Assembly (NCBI GenBank): GCA_903882905.1
Contig: CAIRYW010000027.1
Coordinates: 1,031 to 65,030, forward strand
Source: an uncultured bacterium
GTDB lineage: Bacteria; Patescibacteriota; Minisyncoccia; Phycocordibacterales; CAIRYW01
Direction of reading: 5' to 3'
Length of the DNA stretch: 64,000 nt
Shown here piece by piece: positions 1 to 8,182 of this stretch. Position 1 is the stretch's first letter. Each line of letters opens with the position of its first letter. The notes under the pieces were generated by a model, which was given only the letters and a program-made list of their open reading frames with translations, was not told the origin of the DNA and did no database searches. A program made the position numbers and the translations under genes.

Positions 1-138
1 TTGTCCTCTTTTTCCGTATTCTTTTTTATAGGCAGTAGCAAGAGCGACTGAAACAGCCTCCATTACTTTTTCTCTAGGGATTCCACGCTCTTCTTCTAAT
101 TGTCCTAGAACTGAATTTATTACTTTTAGGTCTATCAT
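1..138 (-). CDS. nusA: transcription termination factor NusA, N-terminal part (runs off window start)
   Basis: Reverse strand from ATG at 138 reads MIDLKVINSVLGQLEEERGIPREKVMEAVSVALATAYKKEYGKRGQ, a typical NusA N-terminus; not in the ORF track. Confidence 0.85.
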   Translation of the reverse strand, partial: MIDLKVINSVLGQLEEERGIPREKVMEAVSVALATAYKKEYGKRGQ

Positions 139-227
139 GTTTTTATTGCTAATTTCTAAAAAGAAAAGCCCGCCGGTGGGCGAACTTGACCTCCATAGTT
201 TATTATATTCTGGAGGAAAAGTCAAAC

Positions 228-339
228 AAAAAAACCAAGGACCGACCTTGAATCTTCACGACTTTGTTTTGTTAGGAGCAGAGCGACTTAGAAAACAAAA
301 AGTGCCCTTGTGGTGAAAAGGTCGGTCCTTGGTTTTTTT
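228..339. repeat. 22-bp terminal inverted repeat element (CCAAGGACCGACCTT family)
   Basis: aaaaaaaccaaggaccgacctt (228-249) / aaggtcggtccttggttttttt (318-339); related copies at 36009, 59995 and 61921. Confidence 0.8.
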
Positions 340-393
340 TGTTTCGCTATCCACTTTTTGTTTCACCTCTAACACGATATAATTAAAGGAAAT

Positions 394-2133
394 ATGATTA
401 TAAATGTAGAACAACTAGAAAAGTTCGTTATCGATTCAGGGTTAATTTCAAAAACTGATTTTGCTATTGCCAAAAAAGAATCAGAAGAAAAAAATCAAAG
501 CATTGGAAAAGTTTTAATAAGCGAAGGTAAAATAAGCGAAGATGATTTTAGCCGAATCAGTGCCTATATTTTAGGAATTCCTTTTGTTGATTTAAATGAA
601 AAAAAATTAGACCTAGATACACTTTCATTAATTCCAGAGCCAATTGCGAGGAAACACAATCTTATTGCCTTTAAGAAAACTGAAACAGAGCTTGAAGTTG
701 CAATGCTTGATACTGACGATCTTTCAGAAATAGATTTCATCAAGAAAAAAACTGGTTTGAGAATTTTACCAAGACTAACAAACGTAGAGTCAATTAAATC
801 AGGAATACTTCAATATCAAAAAAGTCTTAAAGCAGATTTCGGAGACATTATTAAGACTGAATCAGATTCTCTCCCAACTCATTCAACTGATGATAGTGCG
901 GATGCTTTAAAGAAAATGGCGGAAGATGTTCCTGTGGTTCGAATCGTAGACACTCTACTCAAGCATGCTATTTTACAATCTGCTTCTGATATTCACATTG
1001 AGCCGTATGAGAATGAAGTCATTATCCGTTATCGGGTGGATGGAATACTTCATGATGTTATGATCTTGCCAAAAAATACCGGAGCGGGTATTACCGCTAG
1101 AATTAAAGTTCTTTCAAGTCTTAAGTTAGATGAAAAGAGACTTCCACAAGACGGTAGATTTAAAATTGATATCGGAATTGAAAAAGTTTCTTTTAGAGTT
1201 TCGATGTTGCCAACTTATTATGGTGAAAAAACTGTAATGCGATTACTTCGCGAAAATTCTTCAGGATTTACACTCGAAGGTTTGGGATTTTATGGAGAAG
1301 GTTTAGAAAAAATCCACGAAGCGACAAGACTTACTACTGGAATGTTTTTAACTACAGGACCTACTGGAAGCGGAAAGACAACTACACTTTATACTTTGCT
1401 TGAACTTTTAAACACACCTAATGTAAATATTTCAACGATTGAAGATCCTATCGAGTATCAGATGCAGAGAATCAATCAAACTCAAGTAAAGCCTGAAATT
1501 GGTTTTACTTTTTCCTCAGGATTAAGATCTTTGGTTAGACAAGATCCAGACATAATAATGGTGGGAGAAATTCGAGATAATGAAACAGCATCTCTTGCAA
1601 TTAATGCAGCTCTTACTGGGCACTTAGTGCTTTCAACTTTGCACACAAACTCTGCTGCAGGAGCAATCCCAAGACTTATAGATATGAAATGTGAACCATT
1701 TCTTTTGGTCTCAACAATTAAAATAGTCATTGGGCAGAGGCTTGTGAGAAGATTGGAGAAACCAAAAGATAAATATAAACTTTCTGCATCGGAGTTAAAA
1801 AATCTTATTTCAAAAATCAATGCACCAAAAGTTTTGGAGGTACTTAAAACAGAAAAAATAATTGGTCCAGATGTTGATTGGAAAGATGTGGAGTTTTGGA
1901 AACAAAATCCATCAAAAGAATATCCAGATGGATATCATTCTAGAATTGGTATTTATGAAATTCTTAGAGTCACTCCAACGATTAGGGAACTGATTATGAA
2001 AAATGCTTCTTCGGATGATATTGATATACAAGCAAAAAAAGAAGGAATGCTTTCTATGGTAGAGGATGGAATTGTTAAAGCCGTTAAAGGTTTGACTACC
2101 ATTGAAGAAGTTCTCAGGGTGATTTCAGAGTAA
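394..2133 (+). CDS. pilB: type IV pilus assembly ATPase, PilB/GspE family
   Basis: Walker A GPTGSGKTT, TIEDPIEY, RQDPDIIMVGEIRD, TGHLVLSTLH. Confidence 0.92.
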   Translation: MIINVEQLEKFVIDSGLISKTDFAIAKKESEEKNQSIGKVLISEGKISEDDFSRISAYILGIPFVDLNEKKLDLDTLSLIPEPIARKHNLIAFKKTETELEVAMLDTDDLSEIDFIKKKTGLRILPRLTNVESIKSGILQYQKSLKADFGDIIKTESDSLPTHSTDDSADALKKMAEDVPVVRIVDTLLKHAILQSASDIHIEPYENEVIIRYRVDGILHDVMILPKNTGAGITARIKVLSSLKLDEKRLPQDGRFKIDIGIEKVSFRVSMLPTYYGEKTVMRLLRENSSGFTLEGLGFYGEGLEKIHEATRLTTGMFLTTGPTGSGKTTTLYTLLELLNTPNVNISTIEDPIEYQMQRINQTQVKPEIGFTFSSGLRSLVRQDPDIIMVGEIRDNETASLAINAALTGHLVLSTLHTNSAAGAIPRLIDMKCEPFLLVSTIKIVIGQRLVRRLEKPKDKYKLSASELKNLISKINAPKVLEVLKTEKIIGPDVDWKDVEFWKQNPSKEYPDGYHSRIGIYEILRVTPTIRELIMKNASSDDIDIQAKKEGMLSMVEDGIVKAVKGLTTIEEVLRVISE

Positions 2134-2190
2134 GTTTTTGGCATTGTTTCGTAATTTATAAATCCAATAAAAGGTGTTATATTTTTAGGT

Positions 2191-4068
2191 ATGGAAAAAC
2201 CAAATTTCAACAACCCCGAATTTCTCGACAAAAAATATCCAGACCTAGCTGGCTCAAAACCTGTTGAGAGAGCTAGTTTTCAAGCTCGAAGAGACGGAGA
2301 ATCTCCTCATACCAGAGCAGAAAGAGTTGATGCTTACTTAGACAGGCTAGAAAAAGTTTTTAATGCTAAAAATGAAGCAGGAGAAGATCGAGGTTTTGAA
2401 CTTCTGAAACAAATGGTTCTTGATGAATATGTCACCAAACCAGAAGAAATACCAGAATCATACTGGAAACTTCAGGAAAATATTATGCGTGAACGTGGGC
2501 AACTTGGCGACTATCAAAATGCTTCAGAGGAACAAAAAGCAGAAATGAAAAGACAAAACTCCGAAGGAGTGCTTTCTGATCAAAAATCATCTCTTGAACA
2601 GTGGTTAGACTATTTTCATTCCACAGACTCAAATTACATTCCTCGAGAATTAAAATACTGGATTTTTAGAAATGTCATAAAACTTCAAGAATTTGATAAA
2701 GAGAAAAAAGAATTTACAAAAAGATCAAAAGGTACTGTTAAACAATTTCCTGATATTAATTACGAAGCTCTCGGTTATGTTGTTGATGCAGTGATAAAAA
2801 AATATGAAGGAAAACCTCTCGAATGGGAACACGATATCCAACCAGCTGAAAGACAAGTTTTCGAACAACACTTAACTAAAGAAGATTTTTCCAAACTCTA
2901 TGCTTGGGCAAATGAATTAATGAATCCAATTCCTGAGCATCTTCTTCCTGTAAAAGAAGGTAAGTGGAGAAAGTTTGATCAAGACACCGATCCTCATGAA
3001 TTAGTCAAAACTATTCGAGGAAAAGGGACTGGCTGGTGCACAGCCGGTGAGCAAACAGCAAAAACACAATTATCTGCAGGTGATTTTTATGTTTTCTATT
3101 CTTTGGACGACGAAAAAAAACCAACTATCCCAAGAATCGCAATCCGTATGGAAAGTGGAAAAATAGCAGAAGTGCGAGGAGTAGCTTACAAACAAAACCT
3201 CGACCCACACATGGGAAAAGTCTTGGAAGATAAACTCAATGAGTTTCCCGACAAAGATCAATATTTGAAAAAAGAAAGAGATATGCAAAGGCTTACGGAT
3301 ATTGAGAAGAAAACCAAAACAGGAGAAAAACTTTCAAAAACAGAACTGGAATTTATATACGAAATCAACTCTACCATCGAAGGCTTCGGTTATCAAAAAG
3401 ACCCTCGCATTGAAGAAATTAGAAGCAAAAGAAATGTCAAAGAAGATTTGCCAATTCTTTTTGCTTGCGAACCAAGCCAGATTGCCACAAATCAAAATGA
3501 AGTAGATGAAAATACTGTAGCTTACATTGGAAAATGGAACGTAGACATATACAACCAAATCAAACAATATCCAAACATAAAACATATCTACGAATCTTTC
3601 CCAGACAAGAAAATATTTATGATGACACTAGAAACTGACCCAGCAGTAAATTCTCCAGAAACAGCTGAAGCGAAACTAAAAGGAAAATCAATCTATCTAT
3701 CTGACTGGGGAAAAGATATTTTATACAAAACAGAATTCAGTAAGAAAAAAGAAAATTACGAATTGGTAAGGTTTACTGTAGGTGAACTTGGCTTTCCAAA
3801 CGGTGCCACAACAGATGAAATATACGCAAAAGCAGAAACATTAGAATTAGATTTGTGTCCCGCAGAAGTTGGTCCACAACTTCGCTTGTCTTATGAAGGA
3901 AAAGAATGGATGTTGATTGCTATGAAACAAATTACCGACCGCGATGGCTACCCGTGCGTGTTCGACCTGTACGGCGATGGTGCGGGGTTGCCGCTCGATG
4001 GCCGCAATGCCGAGCCAGACTTCAGGTGGCGTTCTGACTTCAAGTTCGTGTTCCTCTCTCGCAAGTAA
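2191..4068 (+). CDS. DGR target protein, 625 aa, with C-terminal variable region (putative C-type-lectin-like fold)
   Basis: Last 46 codons match the TR; no signal peptide or TM segment visible; central GWCTAG...IAEVRG motif. Confidence 0.9.
   Translation: MEKPNFNNPEFLDKKYPDLAGSKPVERASFQARRDGESPHTRAERVDAYLDRLEKVFNAKNEAGEDRGFELLKQMVLDEYVTKPEEIPESYWKLQENIMRERGQLGDYQNASEEQKAEMKRQNSEGVLSDQKSSLEQWLDYFHSTDSNYIPRELKYWIFRNVIKLQEFDKEKKEFTKRSKGTVKQFPDINYEALGYVVDAVIKKYEGKPLEWEHDIQPAERQVFEQHLTKEDFSKLYAWANELMNPIPEHLLPVKEGKWRKFDQDTDPHELVKTIRGKGTGWCTAGEQTAKTQLSAGDFYVFYSLDDEKKPTIPRIAIRMESGKIAEVRGVAYKQNLDPHMGKVLEDKLNEFPDKDQYLKKERDMQRLTDIEKKTKTGEKLSKTELEFIYEINSTIEGFGYQKDPRIEEIRSKRNVKEDLPILFACEPSQIATNQNEVDENTVAYIGKWNVDIYNQIKQYPNIKHIYESFPDKKIFMMTLETDPAVNSPETAEAKLKGKSIYLSDWGKDILYKTEFSKKKENYELVRFTVGELGFPNGATTDEIYAKAETLELDLCPAEVGPQLRLSYEGKEWMLIAMKQITDRDGYPCVFDLYGDGAGLPLDGRNAEPDFRWRSDFKFVFLSRK
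3927..4066 (+). repeat. DGR variable repeat (VR)
   Basis: 140-nt ungapped match to 4381-4520; all 24 mismatches are opposite TR adenines (12 A>G, 7 A>T, 5 A>C). Confidence 0.97.
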
Positions 4069-4121
4069 ACTTTAATTCTTAAACTCTTTGTATTTTTTTG
4101 ATTCTTTAAAACTTTGAATTT

Positions 4122-4151
4122 TTGATACTTTGAAATTTTTTTTGCTATACT
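4122..4151 (+). promoter_or_regulatory. putative sigma70 promoter for the TR-containing RNA
   Basis: TTGATA (4122) - 18 nt - TATACT (4146), with TG extension at 4143. Confidence 0.5.
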
Positions 4152-4380
4152 AATTTCGGTTTGGTTAACGAGACGGCTACGGTTTTCTCGAACCTCTCCA
4201 GTTGGCGCATATTGAGAATGCAAATGGCCACGGCTTTTTGCAGAGGATGTGCGTTTTCTTTCAAAAAAAGAAATCAACTTGGTGTGCGATGCTCGAGGAT
4301 TTTCGATTCCAAATAACATACAGCTGAATTTTTGTATTTTTTAAATATTCAAATTGGCAATGGTAAAGATGGCATTGCAT

Positions 4381-4520
4381 ACAAATTACCGACCGCGATG
4401 ACAACCCGAACGTGTTCAACCTGAACAGCGATGATGCGAAGTTGAAACTCAATGGCAACAATGCCAAGCCAGACAACAGGTGGAATTCTGACAACAAGTT
4501 CGTGTTCCTCTCTCGAAAGT
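4381..4520 (+). ncRNA. DGR template repeat (TR)
   Basis: Adenine-rich copy of the VR with 10 AAC/AAT codons in the target frame; intergenic. Confidence 0.95.
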
Positions 4521-4530
4521 GTTTACTTTT

Positions 4531-4560
4531 CCGCACTTACAACGTGCGGTTTTTCTTTTC
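4531..4560 (+). terminator. hairpin plus T tract just 3' of the TR
   Basis: ccgcac-ttacaac-gtgcgg followed by tttttcttttc; overlaps the avd stop codon. Confidence 0.5.
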
Positions 4561-4941
4561 GGGGTTTTCTAGACTTTTTCTCCAGCCACCAAGTATTTTT
4601 CCTATTTCTTCAAGTTTGAGAGCGACTTCCTCATATTGTTTGTGGGAAATGAGTCTGGCTTCCCAAGCTACATGCATTAAAAATTTTAAGGTATCTAAAC
4701 AAAGAATGCATCTGGAGACTTTTTCCGATTTTTTCTCTTTTTCGGTAAAATAGGCTATATATGAAAGTTCCAAAAGATCTAAAAATTTATTTTCAATTCT
4801 CCCGCCAATTGTATAACGTTGGTTTTTTGGAATATGATTAGCAATACTAAGCCAAATCAAATATCCCTCTTTGATTCGTTGGAGAATAGAAGTGTCACCA
4901 CCGAGAGAGAGAGAGAGAGAGAGAGTAGAAGGCTTCGCCAT
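4537..4941 (-). CDS. avd: DGR accessory variability determinant (Avd/bAvd-like four-helix bundle)
   Basis: 134 aa; IPKNQRYTIGGRIE and LEEIGKILGGW motifs; lies between TR and RT. Confidence 0.85.
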   Translation of the reverse strand: MAKPSTLSLSLSLGGDTSILQRIKEGYLIWLSIANHIPKNQRYTIGGRIENKFLDLLELSYIAYFTEKEKKSEKVSRCILCLDTLKFLMHVAWEARLISHKQYEEVALKLEEIGKILGGWRKSLENPEKKNRTL

Positions 4942-5919
4942 AAATATAAAGATATCATATCTGTAGAAAATTTACTTGCCTCTTGGCGAGAATTTTTGAA
5001 AGATAAGAAAAAGAAAAAAGATGTTGCTGAATTTTCTTTACATTTTTTAGATAATGTTTTTTATTTGCATAATAGTTTGAAGGATAAAACGTATACTCAT
5101 GGTGAATATAAACCGTTCAAAATCTCCGACCCGAAACCTCGTGATATTCACAAAGCTTCGGTTCGCGATAGGTTACTCCACCATGCAATTTACAGAATTC
5201 TATCCCCATATTTTGATGAGAAATTTATTTTTGATTCTTACTCTTGTCGTCTAGGTAAGGGAACGCATAGGGCAATGAATCGTTTTAGATATTTTGCAAG
5301 AAAAGTTTCCAAAAATCATACAAAAACATGCTGGGTACTAAAGTGTGATATCCGTAAATTTTTTGCCAGTATTGACCACCAAATTTTATTTGAAATTTTG
5401 AAGAAAAATATCAGAGACAAAGATATTGTTTGGCTTTTAATACAGGTGATATCAAGTTTTAACACACAATGCAAAACTAATGTCGGTTTACCTCTTGGTA
5501 ATTTAACCTCACAACTTTTGGTAAATATTTATATGAACGAATTTGACCACTTTATGAAAAGACAACTAAAGGTAAAATATTATATTCGTTATGCCGATGA
5601 TTTTGTGATTCTTTCTGAAGATCAAGTTTACCTTGAGAAACTTACCGTACAAATCTATCAATTTTTAGAACAAAAATTAAAACTCTATTTACACCCAAAC
5701 AAAGTGTTTGTTAAAACTTATGCTTCAGGAGTGGATTTCCTTGGATGGGTACACTTTCCAAATCATAGAGTTTTAAGGACAAGTACAAAAAGGAGAATGT
5801 TCAAAAATATTTCAGCTAAAAATTTTTCCTCTTACACAGGACTTTGTGAACACGGAGACGCTCATGAATTATCACAAGAATGTTATAATATTATTAAGAA
5901 AAAAACTGATGAAATTTAA
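4834..5919 (+). CDS. DGR reverse transcriptase
   Basis: KCDIRKFFASIDH, GLPLGNLTSQ, YIRYADDF, GVDFLG; first in-frame ATG at 4834 (start uncertain: 4819, 4834 or 4879). Confidence 0.95.
   Translation: MISNTKPNQISLFDSLENRSVTTERERERESRRLRHKYKDIISVENLLASWREFLKDKKKKKDVAEFSLHFLDNVFYLHNSLKDKTYTHGEYKPFKISDPKPRDIHKASVRDRLLHHAIYRILSPYFDEKFIFDSYSCRLGKGTHRAMNRFRYFARKVSKNHTKTCWVLKCDIRKFFASIDHQILFEILKKNIRDKDIVWLLIQVISSFNTQCKTNVGLPLGNLTSQLLVNIYMNEFDHFMKRQLKVKYYIRYADDFVILSEDQVYLEKLTVQIYQFLEQKLKLYLHPNKVFVKTYASGVDFLGWVHFPNHRVLRTSTKRRMFKNISAKNFSSYTGLCEHGDAHELSQECYNIIKKKTDEI
4903..4924. repeat. (GA)11 microsatellite inside the avd/RT antisense overlap
   Basis: Read directly; encodes ERERERE in RT and LSLSLSL in Avd. 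Confidence 0.95.
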
Positions 5920-7120
5920 AGTTACATATAAAAATGGCGATAATACAGGTGAAGGGGTTTTTGAAGCTCTTGATAAATTTGAATTGTTTAATGAATTAAA
6001 AAAAGAAGGTCTTTCTCTTATAAAATTTTCAGAAATAAAAAAACATAATTTAAATATCGATATTCCTTTTTTAAGTGCAAATAAAATAAAATTTCATGAC
6101 AGAATTATTTTTGCTAGAAATTTAGGTTCGATGCTCAAAGCAGGACTTCCTCTTTCCAGAGCTCTTCAGGTTATTGAAAAACAGTCCAAGTCGCCCAAGA
6201 TGAAAAGTGTTCTTAACACTCTCATTAAAAATATTGCTGAAGGGAAAACTCTAAATCAATCTCTTTCACTCTTTCCAGAAAATTTTAATTCTTTAGTTAC
6301 ATCAATGGTTAGAGCTGGGGAGGAAAGTGGATCACTTGCCGAATCCTTAAAACTCGTAGCTGATCAAATGGAGAAAAATTATACTTTGATGAAAAAAGTT
6401 AAAGGGGCCATGATCTATCCTGCTATTATCCTTAGTGTCATGGTTGTAATTGGAATTTTGATGCTTGTTTATGTGGTACCGGGTTTGACAGCAACCTTTA
6501 CAGAGCTTCATGCAGATTTACCTTTTTCAACAAAAGTAGTCTTGGGTATAAGTGATTTGCTTCAAAATCATTATATTCTTATGCTTGCTGGTTTAATTGC
6601 AATAATATTTATTTTTATTTCTACGATTCGTACAAAAAAAGGTAAATGGTTTATTGATAGAGCAATTATTAAAATTCCAGTTATTGGTGAAATAGTTGTT
6701 CAAACAAATTCTGCAAGGACCACAAGAACAATGTCTTCACTTCTAGCTTCTGGTGTGGAAGTTGTAAAGTGTGCGCAGATTACCAGAGACGTACTTCAAA
6801 ATTCTTTATATAGAGATGTTATGGAAAAAGTTTCAGTCGCTATCCAAAAAGGGCAACCAATTTCAAAGGTATTTGAAGATTACGAAAGTATTTATCCAGC
6901 TTTTGTTGCGGAAATGGCAAGCGTAGGCGAAGAGACGGGGAAACTCTCTGAAATGTTCGGGCAAACAGCTGAATATTATGAAGAAGAAGTCGAGCAAAAA
7001 ACTAAAGACATGTCGCAGATTGTTGAACCGTTTCTCATGGTAATTATTGGACTTGCAGTAGGTTTCTTTGCTGTTTCTATGATTACTCCAATGTACACAG
7101 TACTTAATAATATTAATTAA
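5909..7120 (+). CDS. pilC: type IV pilus platform protein, PilC/GspF family
   Basis: Two GspF repeats (GEESGSL, GEETGKL), MIYP, EP; ATG 5909 preceded by TGTTATAAT at 5881; overlaps RT end by 11 nt. Confidence 0.92.
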   Translation: MKFKVTYKNGDNTGEGVFEALDKFELFNELKKEGLSLIKFSEIKKHNLNIDIPFLSANKIKFHDRIIFARNLGSMLKAGLPLSRALQVIEKQSKSPKMKSVLNTLIKNIAEGKTLNQSLSLFPENFNSLVTSMVRAGEESGSLAESLKLVADQMEKNYTLMKKVKGAMIYPAIILSVMVVIGILMLVYVVPGLTATFTELHADLPFSTKVVLGISDLLQNHYILMLAGLIAIIFIFISTIRTKKGKWFIDRAIIKIPVIGEIVVQTNSARTTRTMSSLLASGVEVVKCAQITRDVLQNSLYRDVMEKVSVAIQKGQPISKVFEDYESIYPAFVAEMASVGEETGKLSEMFGQTAEYYEEEVEQKTKDMSQIVEPFLMVIIGLAVGFFAVSMITPMYTVLNNIN

Positions 7121-7657
7121 TTGTTTAAAAAAAATAAATCAAAAATAAAGACCCAGCACCTTTTCCGCTCTGGCGGAAAAGGTGCTGGGTTTAGCTTGAT
7201 CGAAATAATTATTGCATCAGCAGTCATGCTTATTGTTTGGCTTACTGTTTTTTACACTTTTTCGGTACTGACTCAATTTACTTCAAAAAATACAAATTCT
7301 ATAAAAGCTTCTATGCTTCTTGAAGAGGGCAGTGAAGCTCTTCGTTCTCTTAGAGATTCGTCTTGGAAAACAAATATTGCTCCACTTAGTTCTGGTGTGG
7401 ATTATCGACTTTTATATAGTATGTCTACGGATTCTTGGACCATTATTAATGAGCCGTCAATGATTGATGGAAAATTTGATAGAACTTTTTCTCTTTCTGA
7501 TGTTTCAAGAGACTCATCAACTTTTAATGTTGTGTCTTCTGGTGGTGTATTTGATGCAGATAGCAAGAAGGTAGATATAACTGTTTCTTGGTATCAAGGG
7601 AATGCTACAACTAGTGAAAGTTTAGAAACTTATATATTCAATGACTTCAATAAATAA
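7121..7657 (+). CDS. minor type IV pilin (prepilin N-methylation motif)
   Basis: G|FSLIE followed by a hydrophobic helix. Confidence 0.85.
   Translation: MFKKNKSKIKTQHLFRSGGKGAGFSLIEIIIASAVMLIVWLTVFYTFSVLTQFTSKNTNSIKASMLLEEGSEALRSLRDSSWKTNIAPLSSGVDYRLLYSMSTDSWTIINEPSMIDGKFDRTFSLSDVSRDSSTFNVVSSGGVFDADSKKVDITVSWYQGNATTSESLETYIFNDFNK
7151..7190. repeat. 18-bp perfect hairpin within the prepilin leader (ACCCAGCACCTT family)
   Basis: acccagcaccttttccgc-tctg-gcggaaaaggtgctgggt; intergenic sister copy at 26778-26818. Confidence 0.85.
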
Positions 7658-8182
7658 ATGACTAATAACTCAAAACTCAAAATTCATGACTCAGGCTTCA
7701 GTCTCATTGAAATTATTATTTATATTTCTCTATTAGCCATTTTTATTGGGGCCATTACTTGGAGTTTTTCTGTTATTTTTCATTCTTACAATAGGATGAA
7801 AAATGAGCGCGCCGTAGAAAATTCCGCGATGGTTTCAATGGATAGAATAGTTCGAGAAATTAGAAATTCAAAATCTGTTGATTTGGTAAATACAGCAACC
7901 TCAACTCCAAATGGATATTTAACATTAAATAATTTTGATTCATATCAAAATCCTGGAACTGTAAGATTTTATCTTTTAGACAATCGAATTTATGAAGACA
8001 AAAATGGGACAACTTTAGGTCCACTTACTTCAGAAGATACTGATGTTTCATCTTTAGTCTTTAGATATTTCACAAGTGCTAGTTCGACGGGGATAAAAAT
8101 TGAAATGGCAATTCAGGCCTCAAATATTCCTGTGAATAATTTTTATGATTCAGCAATTTTGAGAAATTCATATGAAAACTGA
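7658..8182 (+). CDS. minor type IV pilin (PilW-like)
   Basis: G|FSLIE, hydrophobic helix, IVREIRNS. Confidence 0.85.
   Translation: MTNNSKLKIHDSGFSLIEIIIYISLLAIFIGAITWSFSVIFHSYNRMKNERAVENSAMVSMDRIVREIRNSKSVDLVNTATSTPNGYLTLNNFDSYQNPGTVRFYLLDNRIYEDKNGTTLGPLTSEDTDVSSLVFRYFTSASSTGIKIEMAIQASNIPVNNFYDSAILRNSYEN

Larger units (their letters stand above)
2191..5919 (+). mobile_element. diversity-generating retroelement (target gene/VR, TR, avd, RT)
   Basis: VR/TR pair with adenine-only mismatches, Avd-like four-helix-bundle gene, RT with LPLGNLTSQ and YADD. Confidence 0.95.

Noticed and set aside
4412-4753. 113-aa plus-strand ORF resembling the target C-terminus
   Set aside because: It is the open frame of the TR running into avd antisense, not a separate gene.
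4834-5919. RT as a group II intron, retron or CRISPR-associated RT
   Set aside because: It has the DGR-type LGNLTSQ motif, no maturase/endonuclease extension and no cas genes, and a clear TR/VR pair is adjacent.
2134-5919. Target-site duplication or terminal repeats bounding the DGR
   Set aside because: I found no convincing direct or inverted repeats at the pilB and pilC junctions, so the insertion mechanism is unsupported.
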